DNA of 64,000 bases, taken from positions 44,950,001-45,014,000 of the forward strand of contig NC_088803.1 in assembly GCF_011386835.1 (NCBI RefSeq), given 5' to 3'. A program made the position numbers and the translations under genes. This DNA is from Chrysemys picta bellii (lineage: Eukaryota). Of this stretch, positions 37,126-49,025 are shown in pieces. The notes below the pieces were generated by a model, which saw only the letters and a program-made list of their open reading frames with translations, made no database searches and was not told the DNA's origin. Within the stretch, counting starts at the first letter, position 1; the number at the start of each line of letters is the position of its first letter.

Positions 37126-37986
37126 TTAAAGAGCTCTGACAGAGAGGTCCTGAGATGCTAAAGAGGTGAGATTGGAAAGGTCCAGAGAAACTGAAGAGGT
37201 GAGAGAAGCGGCATCCTGAAAGGTGAGGTCAGAGAGGTCCAGAAAGGGTGAAGAGATGAGATTAGAAACATCCAGAGAGGTTGATAAGGATAAATCAGAG
37301 GAACGCTGAGATGTTAAAGTGTTAAAATTAGTGAGGTCTAGTGAGGGTGAAGAGGTCGAAGAGGTGAGATCAGATACATTCAGAGAGGGTGAAGAGACTC
37401 CATAAGGAAGGTCCAAGGAAGTTGAAGAGGTATGACTGGAGACGTCTAGGGAGGGTGAAGATGAGAGACTGGAGAGATCCAAGGAGGCAGAAGAAGTGGG
37501 ACTGGAGAGGTCCAAGGATACTGAAGAGCTGGGATTAGAAAGGTCCAGAGAGCCCGAAAAGGTGAGACTGGAAAGGTCCAATGAAACTGAAGAAGTGAGA
37601 CTGGAGAGTTGCAAGGAATCTGAAGATGTGAGACTGGAGAGCTCCAAGGAAAGTGAAGTGGTGATGCTGGAGACATCCAGAGAGGCCAAAGAGCTGCAAC
37701 TAGAGAGGTCCAGAGAAGATGAAGAGGCGAGATCAGAGAGGTCCAGGGAGGATGAAGAAGTGTTGCTTGAGAGGTCCAAAGAATCTGAGGAGCTGAGACT
37801 GGAGAGGTCCAATGAATCTGAAAAGGTGAGTTTGGAAAGTTCTAAGGAGGCTGAAGACTCAAAAATGGAGGGGTCCAGGGAGGCCAAAAAGGTGAGACCA
37901 TGGAGATCCAGGGAGACTGAAGAGACTGAAAAGCCAAGTAAATCCACAAAATGATTGGCGTTTTATACGATCGTAGGCAGGTTCAG
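37126..37986 (-). CDS. Candidate large exon encoding a Ser/Leu/Asp decapeptide repeat (SLDLSSLTSS)n
   Basis: 30-nt degenerate tandem repeat; one - strand frame is open for 273 codons; the conserved Leu is encoded by CTG, TTG, CTA and TTA; acceptor ttttag| ends at 37987 but is one base out of frame with the repeat ORF. Confidence 0.55.
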
Positions 37987-38146
37987 CTAAAACTCTCCAA
38001 CAATTAAAATGCTAAGAAAATATAAAACAATGAGAACATGAAAACCAATTAATATTACTACTGAAAGTAACTAAACACAGATTTCACTCTGGGAGTTTAA
38101 TCAACTAAATTCTAATATTATAAGCTCACAACATGATCCCTTAGAA

Positions 38147-38400
38147 CAGTGGTTTCCAAAGTGGGGTGCGCAAGAGGATCCTTGGGGTGCGCGGCAGGAG
38201 GAGCGCTATTTTTGTTTGTTTGTTTTGTTTGTTTTTTTGCTTTTTTGCTTTGTCAGTTCGGGCGGGAGTCCGAGTGGCTTTTTTTTTTCTTTTTCTTTTT
38301 TTGCTTCGGCAAAAATGGTAGAGCTGGTGTGGCAGGGGGTGCGTGCTCAAAATCTTTTTACTGATAGGGGTGCGTGATCAAAAAAGTTTGGAGACCACTG
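38147..38400. mobile_element. hAT MITE
   Basis: TIRs cagtggtttccaaa / tttggagaccactg; TSD ccttagaa / ccttaaaa (7 of 8). Confidence 0.85.
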
Positions 38401-41087
38401 CCTTAAAATATTAGCATTTCCTAGAATCCCAGACAAGTAAATGCATAGAAGCATTTGTGCATCAGTATGTATCTGTCTTTCTAAGTGTATCTATGTCTCT
38501 AGACCATAGTATGTGCAAAATCTTAGCACAGGACCCTCCAAATACCCTCCTGTTACATACACAAGCTCATCACCTGCCCTGATGATTTAAAATAAAATCA
38601 TAATTAAATAAGAGAATGAAAGTTACTAAACCTTCTTTTCAACTTCTGGTCTCCAGATACCAGAGGGCATTCAGATGCCATAGTGATTAGAGCGGAATAA
38701 ATGCCATTGTAGACAGATAGGTTTTTAATGGCTTACAGTTAAAACAAATATGTAGTTGTAAATGGCAAGTGTGAGTCCTACTTGGCCTATCACTATAAAG
38801 ATATGATGGATCATTTCTTTCTCATCTGAATCAATGCTGAGAGAGGCAGCATACTTCAGCAAAGTGCATCTCCTTGAGGACATTAATAGAGATGGAAAAG
38901 AAAATAGTAATTCTCTCAGCAATAAGTATTGATTTATTTTGGGGGGCAATGTCATTCCAAATTGCCTTCACAACTAATTAAGAAACGTATTGAAAAGGTC
39001 TGGCAGCTTCTGTTATGCTCTTTTATTTATTTTATATACTGGTCCCATCTGATCACTTGTTATTTTTTTCTTTGGGTGTAATTCTTAATAAAATAATGAT
39101 GATCTTTAATTTGTGGGCACTCTGGCTGCCTTAATAAACTACTGAAGAGATCAATTATGATAAAAAGACAATACATCCATTTTAATCCTGAGAATAAAGT
39201 TTGGCAAATGCTCAGCAAAACCACAGAACATAAGCAATGTATAGCTGAAAAGGGAACTGAAAACTTCAGATTCTAGTTCAGAATGGTGCCTTTAATATAG
39301 TTTGGGATAGATCACAAGATGGAAATTCTGCAGGCCCCGCTCCTAGCCCCTCAAGACTGCACAGCAAGACAGTCAGCAGTTCCAATCTTACTGACACCAG
39401 TTGTCATGATGGGACACATGGCAAGAGATGTATTTAAAAAAAAATCATTACAAACATATATTCACTCACAGTTGTGTTCAAACACAGTATAATGGGCCAG
39501 GACATGTAAAGCATGCACTCATGATGCAAGGCTGCAGTTTCTCAGGTGGTTAGGAACACAACTGAACTTTGTCTGTATCATCGTCTGACTGAGGGGCAGA
39601 CACACGCATAATTGATTTAACATCATCACTCCCACTAAGTGAAGAGAAGTCAACAGGAGTTTAGTTGTAGCATGTACAGACTAAGGACCACAGGAATTTG
39701 GCACAATATGAAAAATATTTAATTCTACAAAATAAAATCCACATATGCAACAACACAAGGCCTAAACAATACTGAATTACCAAATAAACTTTACATTTAT
39801 TTTTAATAAACCTGTGATTTTAGAGGTCATCCAATATAATTGTCATTTTATCAAGTGTACACAGTATATGGATCAGGATGGCAAAATACATGAAAATCTC
39901 TTGCCACACAGGTTTCAGTAGTGTTTATGATGAGCATATAAATATGCTCACTCTCCTTCTTCCCTTGCACACTATGATGAAACAACAAAAATTATGAACC
40001 ATCCCTGAGAAATCCTTTCCCATCTAACGAATAAGGATCCATCATTCTGTGACTCTCTCTCTCTTCAGATTAAAAAGTTTCACGCATGCACATTACAATA
40101 GAAAACAAATAATTATAACTAAGCTAATCGCAACACAATGAAAAGCCGGTGTTGACATGATTTCCAACACACTACAGATTCCAGTGTCCCTTCACTGTGT
40201 CTCTTCTGCATTTGTTTAGAGTGGCAAAGCTACTCTGTTTTTCCTGTGAAATGACACACATTGGAGAAACATGGAAGCATAGTCATTACTGCACAGAACA
40301 TAGAGAGCGCTTTAATAATACTTCATACCTTCTCTAGTTGTGGATTTGTCACCTTTCTTCCCTAGTGTGAGCCATATTGGGCCCTGCTGTTAAAGCTCTG
40401 CTGTGCTTCCTGAAAATGACCCTAATCTGTTCAACAGCTACTGGAAATCATGCCATGCTGATTAAAATACAGGTAATCTTCTGGTAAATCCCTTACTGCC
40501 GCAATGAAGCACTCAGCATGGAGCACTAGTACATAATACTGTATTCTGAAATCATCTACACTTTTAATGTAAGGTTGCAGTTCTGTATTGTTTTCTGTTA
40601 CAGAGCTAGATGTTGGAGATGAGCTGGTGATGTGGATGAACCCATTAGGTGTTTTTTAACTTTTGGACATTTGGATTCAACGCCTGGTTTAGACTGTAAG
40701 TAAAAATGACTTTGGCAGTGAAATTCTAATTTTCAGTTGTCCACTCTGCAAATTAGACACAATTTGGCAGGCTTGGCTGACTATTCTCAGTCTAGAGAGC
40801 CGTAGGTTTGGCATAATAAGGAAATTGTGGGTCAGGATTCAGTCCACATTTACTAGTTACAAATAACTATTGTAAATGATGATAATGACTTTTCCTTGTT
40901 CTTTTAATTTAAAATATATTTAACGGTCTTATGCCCTGTCTGTTGTAATATAACATAATAATATAGGGTTTTTTTCCATAAATGTCAAAGCGTTTTACAG
41001 AAGATAGTAAATAACACTGGGTACAATTTACTAAAGCACCTACGTGACTTAAGAGCCTCATCAAAAGCAACTAAGACACTTAGGTGT

Positions 41088-41150
41088 GGATTCACAAAGG
41101 TACTTAGGCACCTAACTGCCCTTGAAATCACTAAATACCTTTGTGAATCC
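41088..41150. repeat. Short hairpin MITE-like element
   Basis: 15-bp perfect inverted repeat ggattcacaaaggta / tacctttgtgaatcc around a taggcacctaa core. Confidence 0.6.
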
Positions 41151-41167
41151 AAACCTTAGAAGACTAA

Positions 41168-41428
41168 GTGTTTGCTACGCAGTGCATTAGTCCACTTTAG
41201 AGGGGTGTAAATGCTATGTGCACTAACTGGCCCATATGGACCCCGTTGGTGTGCATTAAAAATTCGCTAGTGTGTATTAACGTAGTACTGTTTGAAACTG
41301 GACTACATTAATATGCATTAGGGAACTTTTTAGCGCATGCCAGCAGGGTCCACACGAGCCAGTTAGTGTGCAACATGCTAGAATTCACACCTCTCTAGTG
41401 CGGACTAAGGCACCATGTAGACAAGCCC
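41168..41428. mobile_element. Degenerate PIF/Harbinger-like MITE
   Basis: Right TIR tgtagacaagccc followed by taa; left end degenerate but preceded by taa. Confidence 0.5.
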
Positions 41429-42937
41429 TAAGTTCCAGTGAAAGTCAGTGAGACTTAGGCTGCTAAGCCACTTAGCCACGTTTGAAAATGTTACCCATTT
41501 TACAGATGGGGAAATTGAGGCACAGAGAAATAAAGTTGCTTGTCTAAAATCAGACAATGGCAAAATCAGAATTATAACCCAGGTCCCCTGACTCCCAATC
41601 CGATGTCCTATATATTAGACCACGCTGCTGCTACTACTAGTTGTAAATACGTTTAAAACTGTCTGCAAACATGGTTATGCCCAAGCATAATTGTAACACA
41701 GCTCTGAGTTAAGCAGAACAGTGCTTGTTTTCAAATATGGTTGTACTCAAGCCAGGCTCTTTTGATGCTCCAGAATGTAAATGGCTTTAGGACCCGATAC
41801 TCTTCAAGTTGCTGTAAACTGAGCTCTTCACCTCAAGCCATGCTACTGCTTCTATATTTTGCATTCTCTTAGTGGTTTGGGACATAGCTGCTTTTGAAGA
41901 GGAAAAGGGTTTTAAAAATTCTTCGTCAGAAGCAGGTTACTTATTCATCTCAATTTCAATGCAGGGAATATAAAAACATCAATCCCAGAGTCCAGACACC
42001 TTTGACTGCAATCCAGTGAAGACGCAAACAGCAGCAACAAGCTCATAAACTGACTCCACAGAAAAGAAGTCACTGCACACAGCTGAAAATTTCCCCACCT
42101 CACTTCCCACAAAACACTACTCTAGCCCCAAATAAAATTCACACCCCAGCTGAACATTTTATTGTGCAACTCCCCTGTGACTAAACACTATTTCCATTTG
42201 TTTCCTAAATGTTTGGTTTGTTTACAAGAATAATTTCAGCTCAAACCCCAGCAACGGGCGAAGCAGCAAACATGCACTGGCTCAGCTTGAAGCGAACCTG
42301 CCAGCTGATAGGAAAGCCACAAAGGCTGTACAATCTTTACATGACGTCATATTTATTTTAAATACATTGAAAAATAAGACAAAAAACAAGCCAAAAAATC
42401 CCAAGGCTGCCAGCGAATCAGATGTCTCCCCTTTTCACTGGAATTTTACAAAGATTATTAACTGTATATGTAGCCCCATATGTTTACATTACAAACATAG
42501 GCCCTGGTCCTGCAAACCTCTCCATTGGAGCAGACCACTATACCTGCATAGAAACCACATTGACGGAGATTTGCCCAGTGGCGCTGCTTGCAGGATCAGG
42601 GCCATAAAACAGAACAAGTTTCTTTTTCTGTCTTTGAAATCTACAAAGTTCTAGGAATTTCTTTAAAGTCCACACTGGGCTCAATCCTGCTCCAATTTAC
42701 TTCAGTGAGAACAAGATTTGGCCCACTGTTTGCAGGAAAAATTATTTACTATACTCATATGATTGAGTTTATGATCTCTAGTTGATAGCATAATAATAAA
42801 GGAAGAACTCTGATGGGCTACTAAGCGTTCCCAAGCTAGCCTTTTCTCTGTGCAGCATCACGTATTGGTATATTGCATATACCAGAGAGAGGATCACAAA
42901 TTTACACTCAGTTAGAAGCATTAGGTTTTATGTGAAA

Positions 42938-43213
42938 GGGTACATCTACACTGCAATAAAAGACCCGTGGCATCAAGTCTCAGAGCCCCGGTCAACAGAC
43001 TTGGGGTCATGGGACTAAAAATAGCAGTGTAGTTATTCTGGCTCATCCTGGAGCTGGGGCTTTGAAACCCAATAGGAGAGGGTCTCAGAATCCAGACTCC
43101 AGACCAAGCCTGAATGGCTACATTGTTATTTTTAGGCCTACAGATAGAGCTCAAATCAGCCTGGGCTCTGAGACTTGTTGCCGTGGGCTTTTTATTACAG
43201 TGTAGACATACCC
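42938..43213. mobile_element. PIF/Harbinger-like MITE
   Basis: Long TIRs gggtacatctacactgcaataaaa / ttttattacagtgtagacataccc. Confidence 0.75.
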
Positions 43214-45465
43214 ACAATGTAGAAAGAAGCTACCAGGGCTAGATCCATGAAGGGACTTAGGCGTGATGTAGCTTTTAGGTACCCGGCCACCCAATGGAAT
43301 CCACAGCCCTGAATTAGATTCCCTATACAATGCATGGGGAATGTCAGGCACCAAGGGGTTCACAGAAGCCAGCAAGATGAGCAGGGAGCCACTCAAGCTA
43401 ATCAGTAGGAAATGCCAAGAGGGGAGTGGCCTAAGCCCTACCCCTCTACAGCAGCTAGGTGCACATCACAACTTGGGATTCACAGCTGTGAACCCTCTCC
43501 TGGATTGATGCCTAAATCAGGACAGCCCTTTATTGTGAAAAACCAGAGACAGCCTGACCCTTGCCCCAGCCACTCCCCAATTATTACAACTAATAGTTAC
43601 AACTAGTGGTTCGGACACTCACCCGGGATGTAGGTGAATCAGGTTCAAGTTCCTAATCTGCCTGTTTTGAACTGGGGTTTCCTACATCTCGTGGAGTGTT
43701 CTTCTCGTTCTGTCTCAATGAATATTATTTGTACAAAGGGAAGAGCTTCAACAGGAAAGACTGAGCGAGCCCCACTCCAGACAACCCAAAAGCTTGCTGG
43801 TTAGGGCATTCGCCTGGACTGTAGGTGACCCACGTCCCTGCTCCAAATCAGATTTGAAAACAACCTCGCACACTTTAGGTGAGGGCCCTAACCATTGAAC
43901 TATTGGGTATTCTGGGACATAGCCTCAGCCCCTAAAAAATCCTGATCTGGTTGCCCTAAGGCTGCCTTTTGTACAGATTAGGTATGGTCTGAGCATACCT
44001 ACCAAATTGGGCCCCACTGGAAAACCTTTGTGTGAGCATCCCACCAGGGCTTATCTGTGAGCTAGGGCACCAACCAGTTCAACAGGACTTGGGCAGCTTT
44101 GCACATACCCACCAGTGGAAACACAGGCTCCTAGGAAACTTTACTGGCAAAAACAGCTGGTGCTTAGAGAATTTGGATGTTAGGCAGATTTTGAGAATCT
44201 CAGTGGCACCTAAATGTTGGACTTAGGTGCCTAAAATGGCAGTTAAGGACGTACGTCCTTTTGTGGCTCTAACCCGAAGTGCTTTGAGAGAGGGAAAAAG
44301 TGAAATGAAAGAGCAGCCTCTAACTGTGAAGTTGAGGAGCTCTGAAATGACAGCTTTCACGAGGTCTCCTTGCATGCACTTCCTCCACTGGGTCATAAAC
44401 CTGGTTCTGAACGTTGGCAGCAGGTTGATCTTTCCTCTGAATGGGATACCCATCAGTGTTCGGTGGTTTTCAAAGGATGCAATGAGGTATTTAGACTCTT
44501 AGACTTACTGTACATTACTGTTCTCAGGAATGGGTTAAGCTATACACTGTTTAATGGCAAGCCTAGACAGGACAAGTTATTTAGCACTCTTTTAGGAAAT
44601 GGTGGTTGAAACTTGCTCAGAGCAGATCTTCCAAAATAGCCTGAACACAGCTTGGGCTGGTCTCCGGTTGCCGTTAAATTGTGTATAACTGAACTGATGC
44701 TGACACCCACTGTCAGCAATGGGTAATATTTCCTAAGTAAACTAGGATTTAGTTTTGCAAGTATTTCATTTCCATCAGTGTCTATGAACCACTTAAGGGT
44801 GTATTTTAATATTTGTACTGACAAATACAACTGACTTTGCTGTCATAGCAAGTTCAGTCATTTGCATTGTGGTAGGCTAGATAGCTTTACTTTTAGCTGT
44901 TCAGATAGTGAATTGATATGTACTGTACTTCTTTCAGAAGAGCACTATTTTCACTCGGTTAGAAAGATTTTAATGCAGGATGAATTATACCCCAGTGCGG
45001 AGGACAAATGCAAAGTTTTCTGCACCATTTAAGACCTAAATGGGTGGGTGGGCAGACAGCTGCAAACAGCTGCTGCATGCATGCCATGGAAGGGGGCTCC
45101 ATGATGGAGGGTGCAGCAGGGTTGAGGGTTTGCTAGAGCCACCCTTATGTGGAAACCCCAAAAGTTGAGGGTGGCAAACTCCATCACTGGAACCCTGGAT
45201 TAGATACTCACCCTAAAGCCTATGTAAATGATGCAGTGGGGGGTGGGGTGGGGGAGAAGAGTAAACATCACCCATAGTGAAATTGTTTACTAAAACAAAA
45301 AAATCCCAAAACACTAGATTAACTATCCCACTAAACCCAAAGAAAAATACCGTTTTGCTCTTTTATTATTTTTTTAAATACACATTGCAGCCTTCAGCCA
45401 TACAGTAGGAGCATGATTTTAAAAGGCAATATCCTTGATTAGCTAGTGTGACCAGTTAAAGGTAT

Positions 45466-45643
45466 TCATAGAATATCAGGGTTGGAAGGGACCTCAGGAG
45501 GTCATCTAGTCCAACCCCCTGCTCAAAGCAGGACCAATCCCCAGACAGATTTTTGCCTGCAATCCCTAAATGGCCCCCTCAAGGATTGAACTCACAACCC
45601 TGGGTTTAGCAGGCCAATGCACAAACCACTGAGCAATCCCTCC
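45466..45643 (-). mobile_element. tRNA-derived SINE with CR1 tail (near full length)
   Basis: Reverse complement reads ggagggattgctcagtggtttg...gttgtgagttcaatccttgagg...ttccaaccctgatattctatga; same family as 14436. Confidence 0.9.
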
Positions 45644-46017
45644 TCCCAAAATGAATAGCAGAAGCCATTTACTTAAAGAAACTGATGCGCCAAGCAAGGC
45701 TTGAACTCTCAACCTCAGCATCACTCCCAACAACACTGCTCTATAAGTACTGTGCACTAACCTATTGTGGGGACAAAAACTCATTGAACAGATTATAAAA
45801 TTTGGTTGAAAATAATAGCAGTAGGGTAACAACCTAGATAGTAAATTTCAGTAGGACCTGAGATTAAACTGGCCAATGTATCATATTCCCAAATTTAATT
45901 TAAAATGTAAATTTCAAATAAGATTAACTACAGCAGCACTAGTGGGCTTCACTCACATTAAAGAATCCACTAGAACTCTATTGGGTCTCTCTAAACAGGA
46001 ATCCTCAGTACAGGCCG

Positions 46018-46209
46018 CAGTGGTTCTCAAACCTTTTTACTGGTCACCCTTCACATAGCAAGCCTCTGAGTGCGAGCCTCCGTATAAATTAAAAACACAT
46101 TTTTATATATTTAATACTATTATAAATGCTGGAGGCAAAGCGGGGTTTGGGGTGGAGGCTGACAGCTCGTGACCCCATGGCGTCCCAACCCCCAGTTGGA
46201 GAACCCCTG
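46018..46209. mobile_element. hAT (Charlie-like) MITE
   Basis: TIRs cagtggttctc / gagaacccctg; homologous to 16078; no clean TSD. Confidence 0.75.
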
Positions 46210-48462
46210 TGCTAGAAGGTATGCTATGGAAACAGAACAGGAAAAATCTGACAGTATTGCATCCAAAATAGCCGAGAAGACAAATATAAAGTGGCAATAA
46301 TAGTATGCTAGGCTTGGTTATGTACTTGCAAAGCAGACAGTGAGCACACAACACTGAGGAACCAACAACTGGCGGAATGGGCTCTGGCCTATCTTAATTC
46401 CTTTCTGGCTGCCTTCTGAGGGCCTGTCTATAAAACTCACACAGCCAGTGTACAGTTGTCTGGCAGACTTTGAGTGACTCAGTATATTTTTGCTTGTTGT
46501 ATACATACAATATTGCTATTGAACTATTATTCCCTTGTAACAGTGTAGACTTGTAGTGTATAGTTTTGAGTAGGAGAAAAGTGATTTGGGGCCTATCGAG
46601 GATGATAAATTTGACCACTCCATCCCTAGGATCTGGCAACTCCTACATTAAAAATTTACTCTGAATTCATAATGCAGCAACGTTGAAGCAGAACTCCTAC
46701 TGAACTCAATAATGGTGATCTGCTTAAAAACTGATAGCACAATATGGCTCTTTATTAAGGATACCTGATTTCCTGCTTCAAATTTTAAACTCTGGACCAG
46801 ATCCTCCTTGCTGTGCTCACAGCAAACCCTAGTCAGCCTAGCGTCTTTAAGTCACTTTTGTGCCTAAAGTCATTTGTGTGCCAGTCGCAGTATCCAGCAT
46901 AAACCAGCTTCAGGGTTGCTGTAAATTAAGACAGCTGCTGACATCCCCCAGAGGCTATTCAAATAGCTGTGGGTCAGCTAGATACAGGGGGGCCCTGGCT
47001 GCTCTCTACCTTGGGGGCTGGATAGAAGGGGCACGGGAGGCACTCTGGAGACTCTGCACCAACCAGTACTTCTCCTAAGCAAAGGAAATCATCCATTAGC
47101 TAGGTAAACTATTTAGGACTGCTTTGCACAGTTGGCATGGCACAAAAACAGCTTTACCACAGGGGAGAAATGGGCCCATTAGATCCAAAGCAAACCACTG
47201 AAAATGGTGAAAAGTCTACCACCCTCCTTCCTTGCTCCCTCTCCCATGAATGGCCTCACCCTGTGAATAAGCCAACCTTTCAAAGCAGTTAAAAATGGTT
47301 TCACCTAAACCTATTTCTAAGTCTGGCCAGCCTACTAGTTAAAACATTTTTTAAAAACATGTTCCTAGACTGGTTAGGAACTAAGAAACTGGGTCCCAGG
47401 CCAGCTTTCTATAACCCAAGGGTTTAATGCCACGGTGATAGAGAAAGCAAACAGGTATAAAAAAAGAACCATGTTACTATGGTAACTGTGGTTCATAGTG
47501 TTGTCGCTCCCTAGTCACACTTGCAGGATGTTACCCCCAGTGCCATGGAGCTTTAGGAAATTTCTGGAAAGTAGTTTTTGTTGGAGGTCACAACAAGCTC
47601 AGAGCAGAAAGGGCTGCACAGCCCCTATGGCTTCAGTTCCCTCTGTTAACCCCAAGAAAGGTGATCAGATATTGCAAAGAAACATGCACTGACTCCAATG
47701 GACTTGGAACTGGGCTGCAGGTTAATGCATGGTGGTCTTACAGAAAAGATACTTGGCAGTACAGAAAGGTTATAGGAACTGTTTGTGCTTAACTTATTAG
47801 TGCCTCTGTAAATTTGGGGATATGCTATTTCATAAGTAAATTAAAAAGCAGAGTGTCTCTTCCCCTGCATTCAGTGCTTTCCCTCTGCTACAGAACAGTG
47901 AAGAAAAGAATCAGTAGCCTTCAAACTGACTGCTACTCTAAAGGGCATATAGGATCTCATGACCTGACTGATTTCTTACAAACTAGCCAACACTCAGCCA
48001 CAATTTTATTTAAAATAAAAAAAATTCACACACAAAAGCACTACCCTGCTCAGGAAGAGCACAAAAGCCTACTAAATATAGTCAGTTCAAGTTAGTTGGT
48101 CCACAGCGCAGCAAAATGAGGAAAATGTATATTGAGTTTAAAAAGCACAGAATTAAGCTAGGTTTAAGAGAAAAGGTACAAGTTTAAAAAGTTTCTAATC
48201 ACTAATTTGAGCATTGCAACTTTTATCACAAGATACAGTATGACTACAGAAATTTTATCAAGTAGCAACATTTACTAATCTTTAGTTGAAATATAATTTC
48301 AGTTGTATGAACAATCTCCATGTGTAAAAAAAGCCACAAACCCTAATGGATTTGAGTTGCTTTTACAAATGTACTAACAAAGTCTCTAATTAAAATTTCA
48401 TAGGTTTTAAGTAGAAAAAAATATTAAATTTTAAATAGGTAAATTTTCTTTTGTTGCATTAT

Positions 48463-48483
48463 ACACACACACACACACACACA
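48463..48483. repeat. (CA)n microsatellite
   Basis: About 10 CA units seen directly. Confidence 0.9.
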
Positions 48484-48816
48484 GTCTTTCTTCTATATAA
48501 AATCTCATTGAAGTTTGTGTTCCCACTATATTGAGCACTGTTAAACTAAGAAAAGATCTAGTTTTGTGTCACTAACACACAATATTCAATATGCAACTTT
48601 AGTATCACAGAAAAATGGCATATAACAGAAAATACTAAACAGGTGACATCTTATATTCTGAAAAACGACACAAAACAACATATGATTAGGATTAGGTCTG
48701 AAATGCCAAATGGACCCTTATGGCACCAGAATTCAGGATTTCCGACCAGTAAATCATTAGTGCAGTTTCTTTAATGCTACATTTTGCACTTTTCCCCCAC
48801 ACTGAAGGGTGCGTTA

Positions 48817-49025
48817 GGATTTGTCTACACTGGCACTTTACAGTGCTGCAACTTTCTCGCTCAGGGGTGTGAAAAAACACACCCTTGAGCACTGCAAGTT
48901 TCAGCACTGTAACGTGCCAGTATAGACAGTGCACCAGCGCTGGTAGCTACGCCCCTGGTGAAGTGGGTTTTTTAGCTGTGCCATGACTACACAAGCCATG
49001 TAGGCAAGCCAGTGTAGACAAGACC
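48817..49025. mobile_element. PIF/Harbinger MITE
   Basis: TIRs ggatttgtctacactggc / gccagtgtagacaagacc with TTA target-site duplication on both sides. Confidence 0.85.

Noticed and set aside
37126-37947. CRISPR-like interpretation of the tandem array
   Set aside because: Units are contiguous and degenerate with no unique spacers, and the context is a vertebrate genome.
37496-37954. + strand 152-aa (LERSRE)n ORF
   Set aside because: It is the mirror of the same minisatellite; this frame has five stops in the left half of the array, and its variation is largely non-synonymous whereas the - frame variation is mostly synonymous.
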